Origin: Candidatus Omnitrophota bacterium
Lineage (GTDB): Bacteria > Omnitrophota > Gorgyraeia > Pluralincolimonadales > Pluralincolimonadaceae
Length of the DNA: 64,000 bases
Assembly (NCBI GenBank): GCA_003141835.1
Contig: PLNR01000008.1
Location: 61,564 to 125,563 of the forward strand
Direction: 5' to 3'
Part shown: positions 1-9,221 of the stretch, one piece after another
How positions within the stretch are numbered: position 1 is the first letter of the stretch
Layout of the letters: the number at the start of each line of letters is the position of its first letter
Notes under the pieces: model-generated
The model's database searches: none
What the model was told of the DNA's origin: nothing
What the model saw: the letters and a program-made list of their open reading frames with translations, nothing else
Translations under genes and position numbers: made by a program

Positions 1-581
1 TCAAGGAACTTTCAGCCCGCGATTTTGCCTCAGGCATGGCCGAGGTCATCAAATATGCCGTCATAAAAGACAAGGAGCTATTTAATTATATAGAACGCAA
101 CAGGCAGAAGATATTAAGGCGGGACGCCGGCACGCTACTCGAGATAGTTAAGAGGTGCGCGAAGATAAAAGCCGGGATAGTGTCGAAGGACGAGAGGGAG
201 AAGCGTTCGATAAGGACTGTATTGAATTACGGCCATACTATAGGCCACGCGATCGAAGCTGCCCACGGATACTCCAACGCGTATTCGCACGGCGAAGCGG
301 TAGGATTGGGAATGATAGCCGCGGCGCGCATCTCGCAGCGATTAGGGAGATTCCCGTCCGGAAGCGTATCAAGGATAGAAAAACTGGTCCACGATTTCGG
401 CCTCCCGGTGAAGATGAAAAAGGCCGATACCGGGAAGATCATGGTATCATTGTCGCGCGACAAGAAATTCATCCGGGGAGTGAACAGGTTCGTCCTTCCG
501 GTAAGGATAGGCAAGGTCGAGGTAAGGGAATCCGTCCCTGAAACGCTGATACGCGAAGAGATAAAGAAATTATACTGTTGA
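1..581 (+). CDS. aroB: 3-dehydroquinate synthase, C-terminal part (5' end lies outside the window)
   Basis: The frame is open from base 3. LAEVIKYAVI and NYGHTIGHAIE motifs are typical of DHQ synthase. Confidence 0.8.
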   Translation, partial: KELSARDFASGMAEVIKYAVIKDKELFNYIERNRQKILRRDAGTLLEIVKRCAKIKAGIVSKDEREKRSIRTVLNYGHTIGHAIEAAHGYSNAYSHGEAVGLGMIAAARISQRLGRFPSGSVSRIEKLVHDFGLPVKMKKADTGKIMVSLSRDKKFIRGVNRFVLPVRIGKVEVRESVPETLIREEIKKLYC

Positions 582-590
582 AACCCCACC

Positions 591-1322
591 ATGACAGACA
601 GATCAAGAGCATCCGAACTTAAAAAATTTGAAAAACGCATCAAATGCGCCTTCAGGAACAAGCGGCTCCTGGCGCAGGCGCTCGTCCACCGTTCTTACGC
701 CTATGAGCAGGCCGGGGGTAAGGGGTACGACAACGAGAGGCTTGAGTTCCTCGGCGATGCGGTCCTCGGGCTTGTGATAAGCGGCTCCATCTTCAGGCGA
801 TTCCCGGATTTCCTTGAAGGCGAGATGACGCGGATACGATCGGCGCTCGTAAGCCGCTCGACGCTGGAAGGCCTGGCCAGGAAGCTCGGCCTCGGCGGTT
901 TGATCCTGTTAGGCAAGGGTGAAGCGGCAAGCGGCGGCGCAGACCAATCGAGGAACCTTGTGGGCGCGTATGAATCCGTGATAGGGGCGATATATGTGGA
1001 CGGCGGGTTCAAAAAAGCGGAAAAATTCATAGAGGCGCAGTTCAAGGCTGAATTGAAGGGCATCTCGGAAGGCGGCACCTCGAAAGATTATAAGTCTGTG
1101 CTCCAGGAATATACTTCGAAGTTCTACAAGGCCACGCCTAAATATACGGTCGTGTCCGAGGAAGGCCCGGAGCACAGGAAGCATTTTGAGGTCGCGGTCC
1201 TCTTCGGCGGGACGGTGCGCGGGAGGGGGGAAGGGAAGAATAAAAAATCGGCGGAACAAGACGCCGCCTATAAAGCGCTTTTTAACGAAGGGCTGCTTGA
1301 CAAAACGTCACAGGAGAAGTAA
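591..1322 (+). CDS. rnc: ribonuclease III
   Basis: ERLEFLGDAVL RNase III signature plus a C-terminal dsRBD; 243 aa. Confidence 0.9.
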   Translation: MTDRSRASELKKFEKRIKCAFRNKRLLAQALVHRSYAYEQAGGKGYDNERLEFLGDAVLGLVISGSIFRRFPDFLEGEMTRIRSALVSRSTLEGLARKLGLGGLILLGKGEAASGGADQSRNLVGAYESVIGAIYVDGGFKKAEKFIEAQFKAELKGISEGGTSKDYKSVLQEYTSKFYKATPKYTVVSEEGPEHRKHFEVAVLFGGTVRGRGEGKNKKSAEQDAAYKALFNEGLLDKTSQEK

Positions 1323-1333
1323 AATCACCTAAC

Positions 1334-1789
1334 ATGCAGATAAGACCTATCCAATCCAAGGACCAGAAGAAGGTAAAAGAACTGATAAGCGGCATATTGT
1401 CCAAAGAGTTCGAGTTCGGGCATAAGGCCTATCCTTACGGCGACCTCGATTCGTTAGATAAAGTCTACGGCGGTAAGAGGGAGCAATTTTTCGTCATCGA
1501 GGATAAGGGCGCGATAGCCGGGACCGTCGGGATCAAGGAGGAATCTAAAAAGACCGCCATCATAAGGCGCCTCTTTGTCAGCTCCTCATCCAGGAAGATG
1601 GGGTACGGCGGCCTCCTGCTGGACAGGGCCCTGGATTTCTGTAAGGAACAGGGTTATCACGAAGCGGTCTTCCACTGCGCGACGACCATGAACAGCGCGA
1701 TTAAATTGTGCAAGAGCAGGGGTTTCAAGGAGCATGATAAGATCATCTCCGGCGGCATAGATATAATTAAATTCATAGTCACTTTCTGA
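1334..1789 (+). CDS. GNAT family N-acetyltransferase
   Basis: 151 aa with an acetyl-CoA-binding-like R/Q-x-x-G-x-G/A segment (RKMGYGGLLL). Confidence 0.6.
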   Translation: MQIRPIQSKDQKKVKELISGILSKEFEFGHKAYPYGDLDSLDKVYGGKREQFFVIEDKGAIAGTVGIKEESKKTAIIRRLFVSSSSRKMGYGGLLLDRALDFCKEQGYHEAVFHCATTMNSAIKLCKSRGFKEHDKIISGGIDIIKFIVTF

Positions 1790-1796
1790 GGCCAAA

Positions 1797-2312
1797 TTGT
1801 TCTGGAAAAAAACCGATAAAATAGATAAGAGCGTAAAGAACCTCTCCGAGAAAGACATACAAAAACAGCTTTACGGGGGTTATCTCGGCAGGGTAGAGGT
1901 CATGGACTCCTCGTTCCTCGTAAAAGAAAAGGAAGAAGTGCGGATAGAGGAAAAACTTGATGTGAAATTGAAGAAAGAGCTTAACGCCGAGCTGGAACAA
2001 TTAAAAGGCGAGTTCAAGCGCCTTCAGGGGGAGGTCGGCAGGCTCAAGAAAGACAAGGAATCGCTTGAGCATTCCGAGATATGGTTCAAGCCGCCTTTCC
2101 TTAAGACCGGGCAGCTTGTAATAATCGGTTCCCTGGTAGTCCTTATTTTGGCGGTCTCAGGTTCGTTCTTCGCCGTTAAATTCTTCATATCTAAGGTCAG
2201 CCACAAGGAACCGGTCCTTGCCGAAACTACGGTCTCGAAGAAAGAGACCGTCCCTTCCAAAAACACCGCAGTGAAGAAATCGGTCAAAAAAACGGGCGGG
2301 AAGAAGCTTTAA
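1797..2312 (+). CDS. hypothetical coiled-coil protein with one TM helix
   Basis: Charged K/E heptad region, then a hydrophobic helix (LVIIGSLVVLILAVSGSFFAV). Confidence 0.5.
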   Translation: MFWKKTDKIDKSVKNLSEKDIQKQLYGGYLGRVEVMDSSFLVKEKEEVRIEEKLDVKLKKELNAELEQLKGEFKRLQGEVGRLKKDKESLEHSEIWFKPPFLKTGQLVIIGSLVVLILAVSGSFFAVKFFISKVSHKEPVLAETTVSKKETVPSKNTAVKKSVKKTGGKKL

Positions 2313-2325
2313 CCCGGAACCCGGG

Positions 2326-2832
2326 TCAATCCAATTTCAGGACGAAACCCTGGCCTGTCACCTCATCCAGCATTTCGACGCTGTTATTATGGATCTTTAC
2401 TATCCTGGCTCCTTTTACCGAGGCGCCTTCCTCGAGGATCTTGTTCTCTATTATAGCCGCGGGTTTGCCTGAACCGTAGACTATCCCGCTTAGGGTCAGC
2501 CGGGGATTGGATAGTTTTGTTATGAAACTGCTGATCGAGGTAGGCTCCTGCTTGGGGGCGGCCGGGAGCGTGGCAGTAGAGTATCCTTCAGCGACGACAG
2601 CTTTGTTCCCTCCGGCGGCCGTATTCTGCGTCCCGTTCTGCTGCGATGTCAAGATCGCCACAAGGCCGACTATCACGATTGTCCCTGCGCCCATGAACAT
2701 CGTCCGTGAAAAGTTGAAATCCCGGTCATGAACCTCATTATTTTTCGGGCCCGGGACCGAGGCCGCAGCGCTTTCAGCCACGGGAGCTTTTTTCGCGGAG
2801 GCTTTATTCAAGGCTTCAAGTATTATGCTCAT
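2326..2832 (-). CDS. GspB-like (general secretion pathway protein B family) membrane protein
   Basis: N-terminal MSIILEALNKA resembles the GspB MSYILDAL motif; single TM; directly downstream of the ExeA-like ATPase. Confidence 0.55.
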   Translation of the reverse strand: MSIILEALNKASAKKAPVAESAAASVPGPKNNEVHDRDFNFSRTMFMGAGTIVIVGLVAILTSQQNGTQNTAAGGNKAVVAEGYSTATLPAAPKQEPTSISSFITKLSNPRLTLSGIVYGSGKPAAIIENKILEEGASVKGARIVKIHNNSVEMLDEVTGQGFVLKLD

Positions 2833-3740
2833 ATTTTTACGTATCCCTCGATCTCTTCAACGGAACGTTTAATCATGTCCAGCGTCATTGTTTTAGTCTC
2901 CATGGCAAAACCAAGAAGTAATGCCCTGTCGCAGATAAGGTTTATCAGCCTCGGTACACCCGAGGAATATTCATAGATCTCTGCCAAGGCATCCGGCTCA
3001 AAAGTTATGCCCCCGTCGGTACGGTCGCCTCCGGCGCGGTCGCCTCCGGCGCGGTCGCCTCCGGCGCGGTCGCCTCCGGCGCCCGCAACACGGAGGCGGT
3101 GGTAAATATAATCTCCTACTTCGGTATTGTCGAGGGGAAGGATATGGTACCTTACGGCGATCCTCTGCCTGAGCTGTTCCAGTTCAGGGGAATCAAGTTT
3201 TTCCTTAAGCTGCGGCTGGCCGACCAAAACTATCTGGATCAGTTTTTCCTTGTCGGTCTCAAGGTTGGAAAGGAGCCGGATCTGTTCCAGCTGCGCCGCT
3301 TTCAGGTTTTGAGCCTCATCGATTATAAGGACCACGTTGGAACCGGCCTTAAGTTCCGCGATGAGGAACCTGTTGAGTTCGGTAAGGAGGCTTATTTTTG
3401 TTTTTGGCTTGACTGTGAGGCCAAGGTCGGTGACTATGGCCAGTAAGAGCTGCATCTCCGGGAGGTTTGAGTTCAGGATGAAAGCGGTCTTAGTTTTTTC
3501 ATCCAGCTGGCCCAAAAGGGCGCGGCAAAGGGTCGTCTTTCCCGTGCCTATTTCGCCGGTGATCTCGAGGAATCCCTTTCTTTCCTTTATGCCGTAAATG
3601 AGATGGTCGAAGGCTTCGCGGTGTTTTTTGCTGAAAAAAAGGAAATTAGGGTCGGCGGTTACGTTGAAAGGCCTTTCTTTAAGTCCAAAGAAGCTTTTAT
3701 ACACGATTTTTATTTTATCATCATAGCATATGCTTGTCAA
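2829..3740 (-). CDS. ExeA/GspA/MshM-like AAA ATPase
   Basis: Walker A GEIGTGKTT. The encoded (AGGDR)4 tract comes from the 15-bp x4 tandem repeat. Confidence 0.7.
   Translation of the reverse strand: MTSICYDDKIKIVYKSFFGLKERPFNVTADPNFLFFSKKHREAFDHLIYGIKERKGFLEITGEIGTGKTTLCRALLGQLDEKTKTAFILNSNLPEMQLLLAIVTDLGLTVKPKTKISLLTELNRFLIAELKAGSNVVLIIDEAQNLKAAQLEQIRLLSNLETDKEKLIQIVLVGQPQLKEKLDSPELEQLRQRIAVRYHILPLDNTEVGDYIYHRLRVAGAGGDRAGGDRAGGDRAGGDRTDGGITFEPDALAEIYEYSSGVPRLINLICDRALLLGFAMETKTMTLDMIKRSVEEIEGYVKI
3022..3081. repeat. perfect 15-bp tandem repeat x4 (cggtcgcctccggcg) inside the exeA-like CDS
   Basis: Four perfect units at 3022-3081 with partial flanking copies; encodes a GGDRA pentapeptide repeat on the minus strand. 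Confidence 0.9.
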
Positions 3741-3797
3741 AACAAAAAAATCCTGTTGTAATGCCGGGTATTGGGGGTATAATACCGTTGTGAGGGG

Positions 3798-4166
3798 ATG
3801 AAAATGGGTTGGGGCGGAATCGATACCAGGAAAGGCGTACGAGTCGCCTTTGAATGCGTTGTCATAGTAAAAAAAAGAGGGACTACCCTTGTCTTTAAGA
3901 CCCAGACCGAGAACATCTCTGTAGGCGGGATCTGCGTCATCCTCGAAAAAGGTTTGTTAAGGAACACCCCGGTAGAAGTCGAACTTTCCCTCTCCGATAA
4001 CCCTATCCCGGTGATATGCGGCGGCAAGGTCGCGTGGTCGGTCCGGCGCGCCGAATACGCAAAGAAAAAAGCGTCGCAGTTCGACACCGGCATAGAATTT
4101 AGCGAATGTACCGACGAGGATAAGGCGCGAATTAAGCGGATAATAGAGGAATTACTGGAATATTAG
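3798..4166 (+). CDS. PilZ domain protein (c-di-GMP receptor family)
   Basis: ISVGGICV D/NxSxGG-type motif; 122 aa stand-alone. Confidence 0.6.
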   Translation: MKMGWGGIDTRKGVRVAFECVVIVKKRGTTLVFKTQTENISVGGICVILEKGLLRNTPVEVELSLSDNPIPVICGGKVAWSVRRAEYAKKKASQFDTGIEFSECTDEDKARIKRIIEELLEY

Positions 4167-4248
4167 CTTGACTTTTATTATTGAGGGGTAGATAATAACA
4201 ACAACGAAAAAGGAGGACAAGGACGAGCCTTTAAAAATAAGATGGGGG

Positions 4249-4638
4249 GTGAGGGGGATGAGTGAGAAACGGAAATTTATGCGTTTTGATGTTGCCGTTG
4301 AAGTGGAGTATATGGTTCCCGGAAATGGCGCCCCGATCGAAGGCATCTCCGTTACGCGCAACCTGAGCCGCGAGGGTATGCAGGTCACCGTAAATAGCAA
4401 ACTTGTTCCGGGCACGGAGTTAGAGATCAAGTTGAGGATCCCCGAGGATATGGCACCGGTGTATGCGAAAGGCGATCTTGTCTGGGTAGAGAAATCTGAA
4501 ATAAAGATGGAATCTTCTGCCGGAGTGAAGTTCACCCAAATGTCACCTTTTGACAGGAACAGGATACTTGACCATGTCTACAAGGAATGGGTGGACGAAC
4601 AGATCGGCCAAAACGCAGCGCAACCGCGGAATAAGTAA
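4249..4638 (+). CDS. PilZ domain protein
   Basis: RKFMRFD (RxxxR) plus NLSREGMQV (DxSxxG) motifs. Confidence 0.7.
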   Translation: MRGMSEKRKFMRFDVAVEVEYMVPGNGAPIEGISVTRNLSREGMQVTVNSKLVPGTELEIKLRIPEDMAPVYAKGDLVWVEKSEIKMESSAGVKFTQMSPFDRNRILDHVYKEWVDEQIGQNAAQPRNK

Positions 4639-4649
4639 CAAGATAAACT

Positions 4650-5030
4650 ATGCCAAGGCCTAAATCCGAAAGAAGAAAGCATCCTCGCGTCGAAGAGAAG
4701 GTGCCTCTAAAGATAAAGGACGAGGGCTTCGACACGATCAGCGTGACAAAAAATATAAGCTGTTCAGGCGTTTTTTGCCAGGTCGACGGTTATTTTCCCC
4801 TCCTATCGAAAGTCAAGATCGTGCTTCTGCTCCCGTCAGAAGAGAAATCAAAAGCGCATCCCATCCATATCGAAGGCGTTGTAGTCCGCTCCGAACCGGT
4901 CAAATCCCCGTCTAACCCCAACTGCAGGAACATCGGCGTATTCTTCAGCAGGATCAAAAAGCAGGACATGGCGAAGATAACCGGCTATATCAATTCCATC
5001 CTGGCCAAGAGGATGGTAATAATCAATTGA
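4650..5030 (+). CDS. PilZ domain protein
   Basis: RRKHPRVE plus TKNISCSGVF motifs; third tandem PilZ gene. Confidence 0.65.
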   Translation: MPRPKSERRKHPRVEEKVPLKIKDEGFDTISVTKNISCSGVFCQVDGYFPLLSKVKIVLLLPSEEKSKAHPIHIEGVVVRSEPVKSPSNPNCRNIGVFFSRIKKQDMAKITGYINSILAKRMVIIN

Positions 5031-5062
5031 AGCTTTGTCCCACAGGGACACCATAGAAAAAG

Positions 5063-5647
5063 GTGCCGTACCGCATCCTGCGTTTTATAGGATTCTTGAT
5101 CTGCAAGATATTTTTCCGCATAAAAGTCAAAGGTTTAGAGAATATCCCCGCAAGAGGTAATTTCATAATAACCGCCAACCACTCAAGCTACCTGGATCCC
5201 GTCGCGATCGGGGTCGCTGTCCCCAGGCGGATAAAATGGATAGTCAGGAAAGACGTCTATGATGTCCGGTGGTTGAAACCTTTGCTCGAGTCGTTGGGGA
5301 TGATAAGGGAGAACGGTTCTGTAGGCAAGGCCTTGGACCTGCTGATCAAAGGCGAGTCTGTGGGAGTATTCCCGGAGGGGGCCAGGAGCCCTGACGGGAA
5401 GCTTGGAGAGGGTAAGAAGGGCGTGGCGATCATGGCATTGAGATCAGGGGTGCCGGTCGTCCCGTGCGCAGTCGGGGGAGCTTTCAAAGCTTATCCGCGC
5501 GGGGTTGTATTTCCGAGGCCTTATCCGGTGGAAATAATAATAGGAAAAGCGATCAAGCCCGGTAAGTCGGATGCGCCGGATGAAAAGACCATAGATTCGA
5601 CTTTAGCCGAGATAATGACAGCGATAGGGTCGCTGATGGAGCAATAG
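5063..5647 (+). CDS. plsC: 1-acyl-sn-glycerol-3-phosphate acyltransferase
   Basis: HxxxxD motif (NHSSYLDP) and FPEGARS motif. Confidence 0.8.
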   Translation: MPYRILRFIGFLICKIFFRIKVKGLENIPARGNFIITANHSSYLDPVAIGVAVPRRIKWIVRKDVYDVRWLKPLLESLGMIRENGSVGKALDLLIKGESVGVFPEGARSPDGKLGEGKKGVAIMALRSGVPVVPCAVGGAFKAYPRGVVFPRPYPVEIIIGKAIKPGKSDAPDEKTIDSTLAEIMTAIGSLMEQ

Positions 5648-6253
5648 ATGAAGCTGCCGATAAGGCCGGTAAAGCCGACCAAGATCATATGCGTGGGGAC
5701 AAACTACCGCGACCACGCCAAAGAACTGGATATGAAGATACCGGAAGAGCCGCTGATCTTCCTTAAGCCGCCTTCCTCATTGATATATGATTCGCAGGAG
5801 ATAATCTATCCTCGCGGGGTAGAAAGGTTGGACTACGAGGCTGAATTGGCGGTCGTCATCGGGGATGTTCCGGGGCATATCCTCGGCTATACCTGTTTGA
5901 ATGACGTCACCGCGCGTGACCTGCAGAAGAAGGACGGCCAATGGACCAGGTCCAAATCATTCGATACCTTCTGCCCGGTCGGCCCGGTGATAGAGACTGA
6001 TATCGACCCGGCGGACATAAAGGTCGAATCTTATTTGAACGGCGTGTTGAAACAGTCTTCAAGCACGCGCAACCTCATATTCGGCGTCCCCGCGCTGCTT
6101 TCTTTTATATCGGGGATAATGACTCTCATGCCAGGGGATATAATTTCGACCGGCACGCCTTACGGCGTCGGCCCTATGCAGCCAGGCGATGAGATCGAGG
6201 TAAGGATAGAGGGCGTCGGCAGTTTAAAAAATAAGGTCGTGAAGGCGGGGTAG
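5648..6253 (+). CDS. fumarylacetoacetate hydrolase (FAH) family protein
   Basis: 201 aa FAH-fold signature segments (ICVGTNYRDHA, AELAVVIG). Confidence 0.7.
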   Translation: MKLPIRPVKPTKIICVGTNYRDHAKELDMKIPEEPLIFLKPPSSLIYDSQEIIYPRGVERLDYEAELAVVIGDVPGHILGYTCLNDVTARDLQKKDGQWTRSKSFDTFCPVGPVIETDIDPADIKVESYLNGVLKQSSSTRNLIFGVPALLSFISGIMTLMPGDIISTGTPYGVGPMQPGDEIEVRIEGVGSLKNKVVKAG

Positions 6254-6269
6254 TATAGAAGGAGTTTAA

Positions 6270-7052
6270 ATGAGGATCACCAAGGAGAAGGTCTACTTCC
6301 ACGTGCCTTACAGGATACTTTTAAACAGCCTCGACTGGATAGGGCAGACAGGCGTGAATTGCGAAATATACGCCAACGGCGAGGCCCTGGACAACCATAC
6401 CGCCGACGAGGTAGACAGGATAAACGACCTCTTTGAAAGCCGCGGGATAAAAAAGATAATACACGGCCCGTTCCTTGACCTTAACCCAGGCAGCATGGAT
6501 TCCAAGATAAGGGACCTGACGTATGAACGTTTCATATCGGCGTTCGACCTTTGCGAGAAACTCAAGACGGACCACATCGTATTGCACAGCGGCCTGGACC
6601 CGATCTTTTATAAGAATGCCTCGCGCCTCTTCCTCGACCTGAGCATCCCGGTCTGGAAGGAGGCGGTCAAAGCCGCGCAAGCGAGGAATATAACCATCGC
6701 CATAGAAAATTCCATAGACCCGAATCCCGAGGTTGTCGTCGGGCTGTTGAAGGAACTTAACTCCCCGTCCGTCGAGGCGTGCTTCGATGCCGGGCATTAT
6801 TACGCGTTCGGGAAGATGTCGCCGTTCGACGCCTTGAAATGGTATCCGGACGGGTCGATAGGCGAATTGCATCTTTCCGACAATAAAGGCGATTTTGACA
6901 ACCACTTGCCGCTCGGCGACGGCGATATAGATTTCAAACGGCTGCTCACCGAGGCCTGGAAGAAGGGGAGGGAGCCCATCATAACTTCCGAGCCTCATTG
7001 CAAGGAACATATAGAAAGAAACCTTAAATACCTGCTCGCGCTGGGCCTCTAG
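6270..7052 (+). CDS. sugar phosphate isomerase/epimerase (xylose isomerase-like TIM barrel)
   Basis: 260 aa with TIM-barrel AP-endonuclease 2-like motifs (HLSDNKG). Confidence 0.6.
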   Translation: MRITKEKVYFHVPYRILLNSLDWIGQTGVNCEIYANGEALDNHTADEVDRINDLFESRGIKKIIHGPFLDLNPGSMDSKIRDLTYERFISAFDLCEKLKTDHIVLHSGLDPIFYKNASRLFLDLSIPVWKEAVKAAQARNITIAIENSIDPNPEVVVGLLKELNSPSVEACFDAGHYYAFGKMSPFDALKWYPDGSIGELHLSDNKGDFDNHLPLGDGDIDFKRLLTEAWKKGREPIITSEPHCKEHIERNLKYLLALGL

Positions 7053-7099
7053 AAGCTTGGCCTTTTAAACACCGGTATGCTATAATAAAAAATGGAGGG

Positions 7100-7663
7100 A
7101 TGGAAATGGCTAAAAAAGAGATCAAGGGGGATGTCGCTCTCTTTCCGCTGCCGGTCGTCCTCGTGACCTGCGTCGACAAAAAAGGCAAACCGAATATAAT
7201 AACTTTGGCATGGGCCGGCGTGGTCTGCTCGGAACCGCCGATGGTCTCTATTTCCATAAGGCCGCCCCGCTACTCATACTCCCTTATAAAAGAATCACGG
7301 GAATTTACCGTGAATATCCCCACCTCCGATATAATGAAAGAGACCGATATCTGCGGCACGGTCTCGGGCCGTGACACGGACAAGTTCGCGCTGACAAAGC
7401 TTACCGCGGAACCGGCCGCGCACGTCAAGTCCCCGCTCATAAAAGAGTGCCCTGTAAGCCTCGAATGCAAAGTGAAGAGCACTATGCTTCTCGGGACGCA
7501 CGAGATGTTCCTGGCCGAGGTCGTCGCCGTCCATATAGATGAATCGGTGATGACGGCAACCGGCAGGATCGATTACGCCAAAGCAAAACCTTTCTCGTAT
7601 AATTGGGGCGAATACTGGAGCATTAAAGAGAAGATAGGCCACTACGGATGCTCGAAAAAATAA
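7100..7663 (+). CDS. flavin reductase-like domain protein
   Basis: 187 aa flavoredoxin-like (LFPLPVVLVT...ITLAWAG). Confidence 0.65.
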   Translation: MEMAKKEIKGDVALFPLPVVLVTCVDKKGKPNIITLAWAGVVCSEPPMVSISIRPPRYSYSLIKESREFTVNIPTSDIMKETDICGTVSGRDTDKFALTKLTAEPAAHVKSPLIKECPVSLECKVKSTMLLGTHEMFLAEVVAVHIDESVMTATGRIDYAKAKPFSYNWGEYWSIKEKIGHYGCSKK

Positions 7664-8517
7664 TTTTCCAGTTCGACAGGATCTCCGAAAGGTTCAGCGC
7701 GGTCTTTGATTTTTTCGGCTCGCGGATAAAAAACCTCTTCTTCGGCCATTTCGGGATCAGGCTTACGTACAGGCGCGAGCTGGTAGTCACGCTCATGGGC
7801 TTGGCGGCCGTCATTATCTTTTTTTCTCCCTGGGCCTGGCTCATCTGGATAGGGATAGCGGCGATGATGGCCGGCATGTTCCTATGGCTCATTATCATCT
7901 TCTCCTGGACCCTCGACCCGTTGATAGATTACAAGATTCGCATCAGTAAGATAAAAAAGTGGGGGGAGAGGCTGCTTAAATACCTGAGCGGCGAATTCAA
8001 GGACCTGGAGAACAGGCACCATCTGGAGGCATACGCCTGGGGCAAGCTCGCTTACTTCGAGGAGCTAAAGAACGAGGTTGCAAATTTCTCGAAGACAAAC
8101 CTGCTCCAGAAATTCCTGGGCAGGTTCTTTTCAACCTTTATGTTCCTGATACTCGGCTACGCCTTCATATACTACGGACTGCATAAGATAATAGGTTTAA
8201 GTTTCGTCTCGGCCGGGGAACTGGCCGGGTTCGGGCGTTTCGGCTCGATATGGGACTTCGTATATTACAGCGCGATAACTATGGCCACGGTCGGTTACGG
8301 GGACATCTATCCGGTCCATATCCTGGCAAAGTTCTTTGTCCTTACTGAAGTACTTTACGGCGCGCTCCTGGTTATCTTCCTCATATCTTCTTTTACCGCC
8401 ATAGCCATTCCGCTTACCGCGGAAAGGCAGAAGGCGCTGCTGGGCGAGATCGAGAAGGAGATAAAGAACATCGAAAAGGTCTTTGCGGAGATCAAACAAT
8501 TAAAAGGTGGCGCATGA
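7648..8517 (+). CDS. potassium channel (two-TM pore, TVGYGD selectivity filter)
   Basis: TMATVGYGDIYP selectivity-filter signature with flanking TM helices. Confidence 0.8.
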   Translation: MLEKIIFQFDRISERFSAVFDFFGSRIKNLFFGHFGIRLTYRRELVVTLMGLAAVIIFFSPWAWLIWIGIAAMMAGMFLWLIIIFSWTLDPLIDYKIRISKIKKWGERLLKYLSGEFKDLENRHHLEAYAWGKLAYFEELKNEVANFSKTNLLQKFLGRFFSTFMFLILGYAFIYYGLHKIIGLSFVSAGELAGFGRFGSIWDFVYYSAITMATVGYGDIYPVHILAKFFVLTEVLYGALLVIFLISSFTAIAIPLTAERQKALLGEIEKEIKNIEKVFAEIKQLKGGA

Positions 8518-9044
8518 CGGGGCATTTCTTTAATAAAATTCTTGCGATCATCGCGATCTCTTTCTTCGTCGCCATCCCGTTCTCCGGAAATGCCGAAGGG
8601 GAGGGGACGCCCGAAAAAGAACTGGGGCTGGAAAATGTGGTCTTGACCCATTATGCCCTGGGCGGCGACACAACCGGCCTAAAGCCCGGCGGGGAAGCCG
8701 TATACCTGGCAAAAGGCACGCCGAAAGACGCCCTTATCACCCTGAAGCAGATCGTGCTTGAAGGAAGAAGGCCTGTCTGGTCATTTAAGATGAAGGACCA
8801 GGTCAATATCATCGTTTTCAGGGGTGTTTTTTTGAAATTTAACAAGATCAGCATAAAGAAAGTGCTCTTGAAAGATTCAAGCGTAGAGATATATGCGGAA
8901 TATAAAGATTTCCCCGGTTCAGATATCCCCTCCCAGCCCGCGGCAATAATACCCGTAGGAAAGCTCCTGCCAGGTAAGTATACTGCTATTCTGTTTGTTG
9001 ATAATAACTTACAAAAAAAAGCAGACTTCAAGGTCTCCCGGTAG
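8514..9044 (+). CDS. hypothetical secreted protein
   Basis: N-terminal signal peptide; no recognisable domain. Confidence 0.5.
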   Translation: MTGHFFNKILAIIAISFFVAIPFSGNAEGEGTPEKELGLENVVLTHYALGGDTTGLKPGGEAVYLAKGTPKDALITLKQIVLEGRRPVWSFKMKDQVNIIVFRGVFLKFNKISIKKVLLKDSSVEIYAEYKDFPGSDIPSQPAAIIPVGKLLPGKYTAILFVDNNLQKKADFKVSR

Positions 9045-9221
9045 CCCTAACCTAAAGATTTGACTTTTAGCATTATTGATGGCATAATTATATAGATTTA
9101 AAAACATGGGAGAAAAAGCATCCAGGACCAATTTTTCGATATTATTGAATTTCTTCCGGACGCAACCTTCGTTATAGACATCGACGGGAAAGTCATCGCC
9201 TGGAACAAGGCTATAGAGGAG

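Noticed and set aside
3127-3597. Plus-strand ORFs of 61-115 aa inside the exeA-like gene
   Set aside because: Antisense to a CDS with a clear Walker A motif.
6321-7010. 229-aa minus-strand ORF
   Set aside because: Antisense to the sugar phosphate isomerase gene; no motifs.
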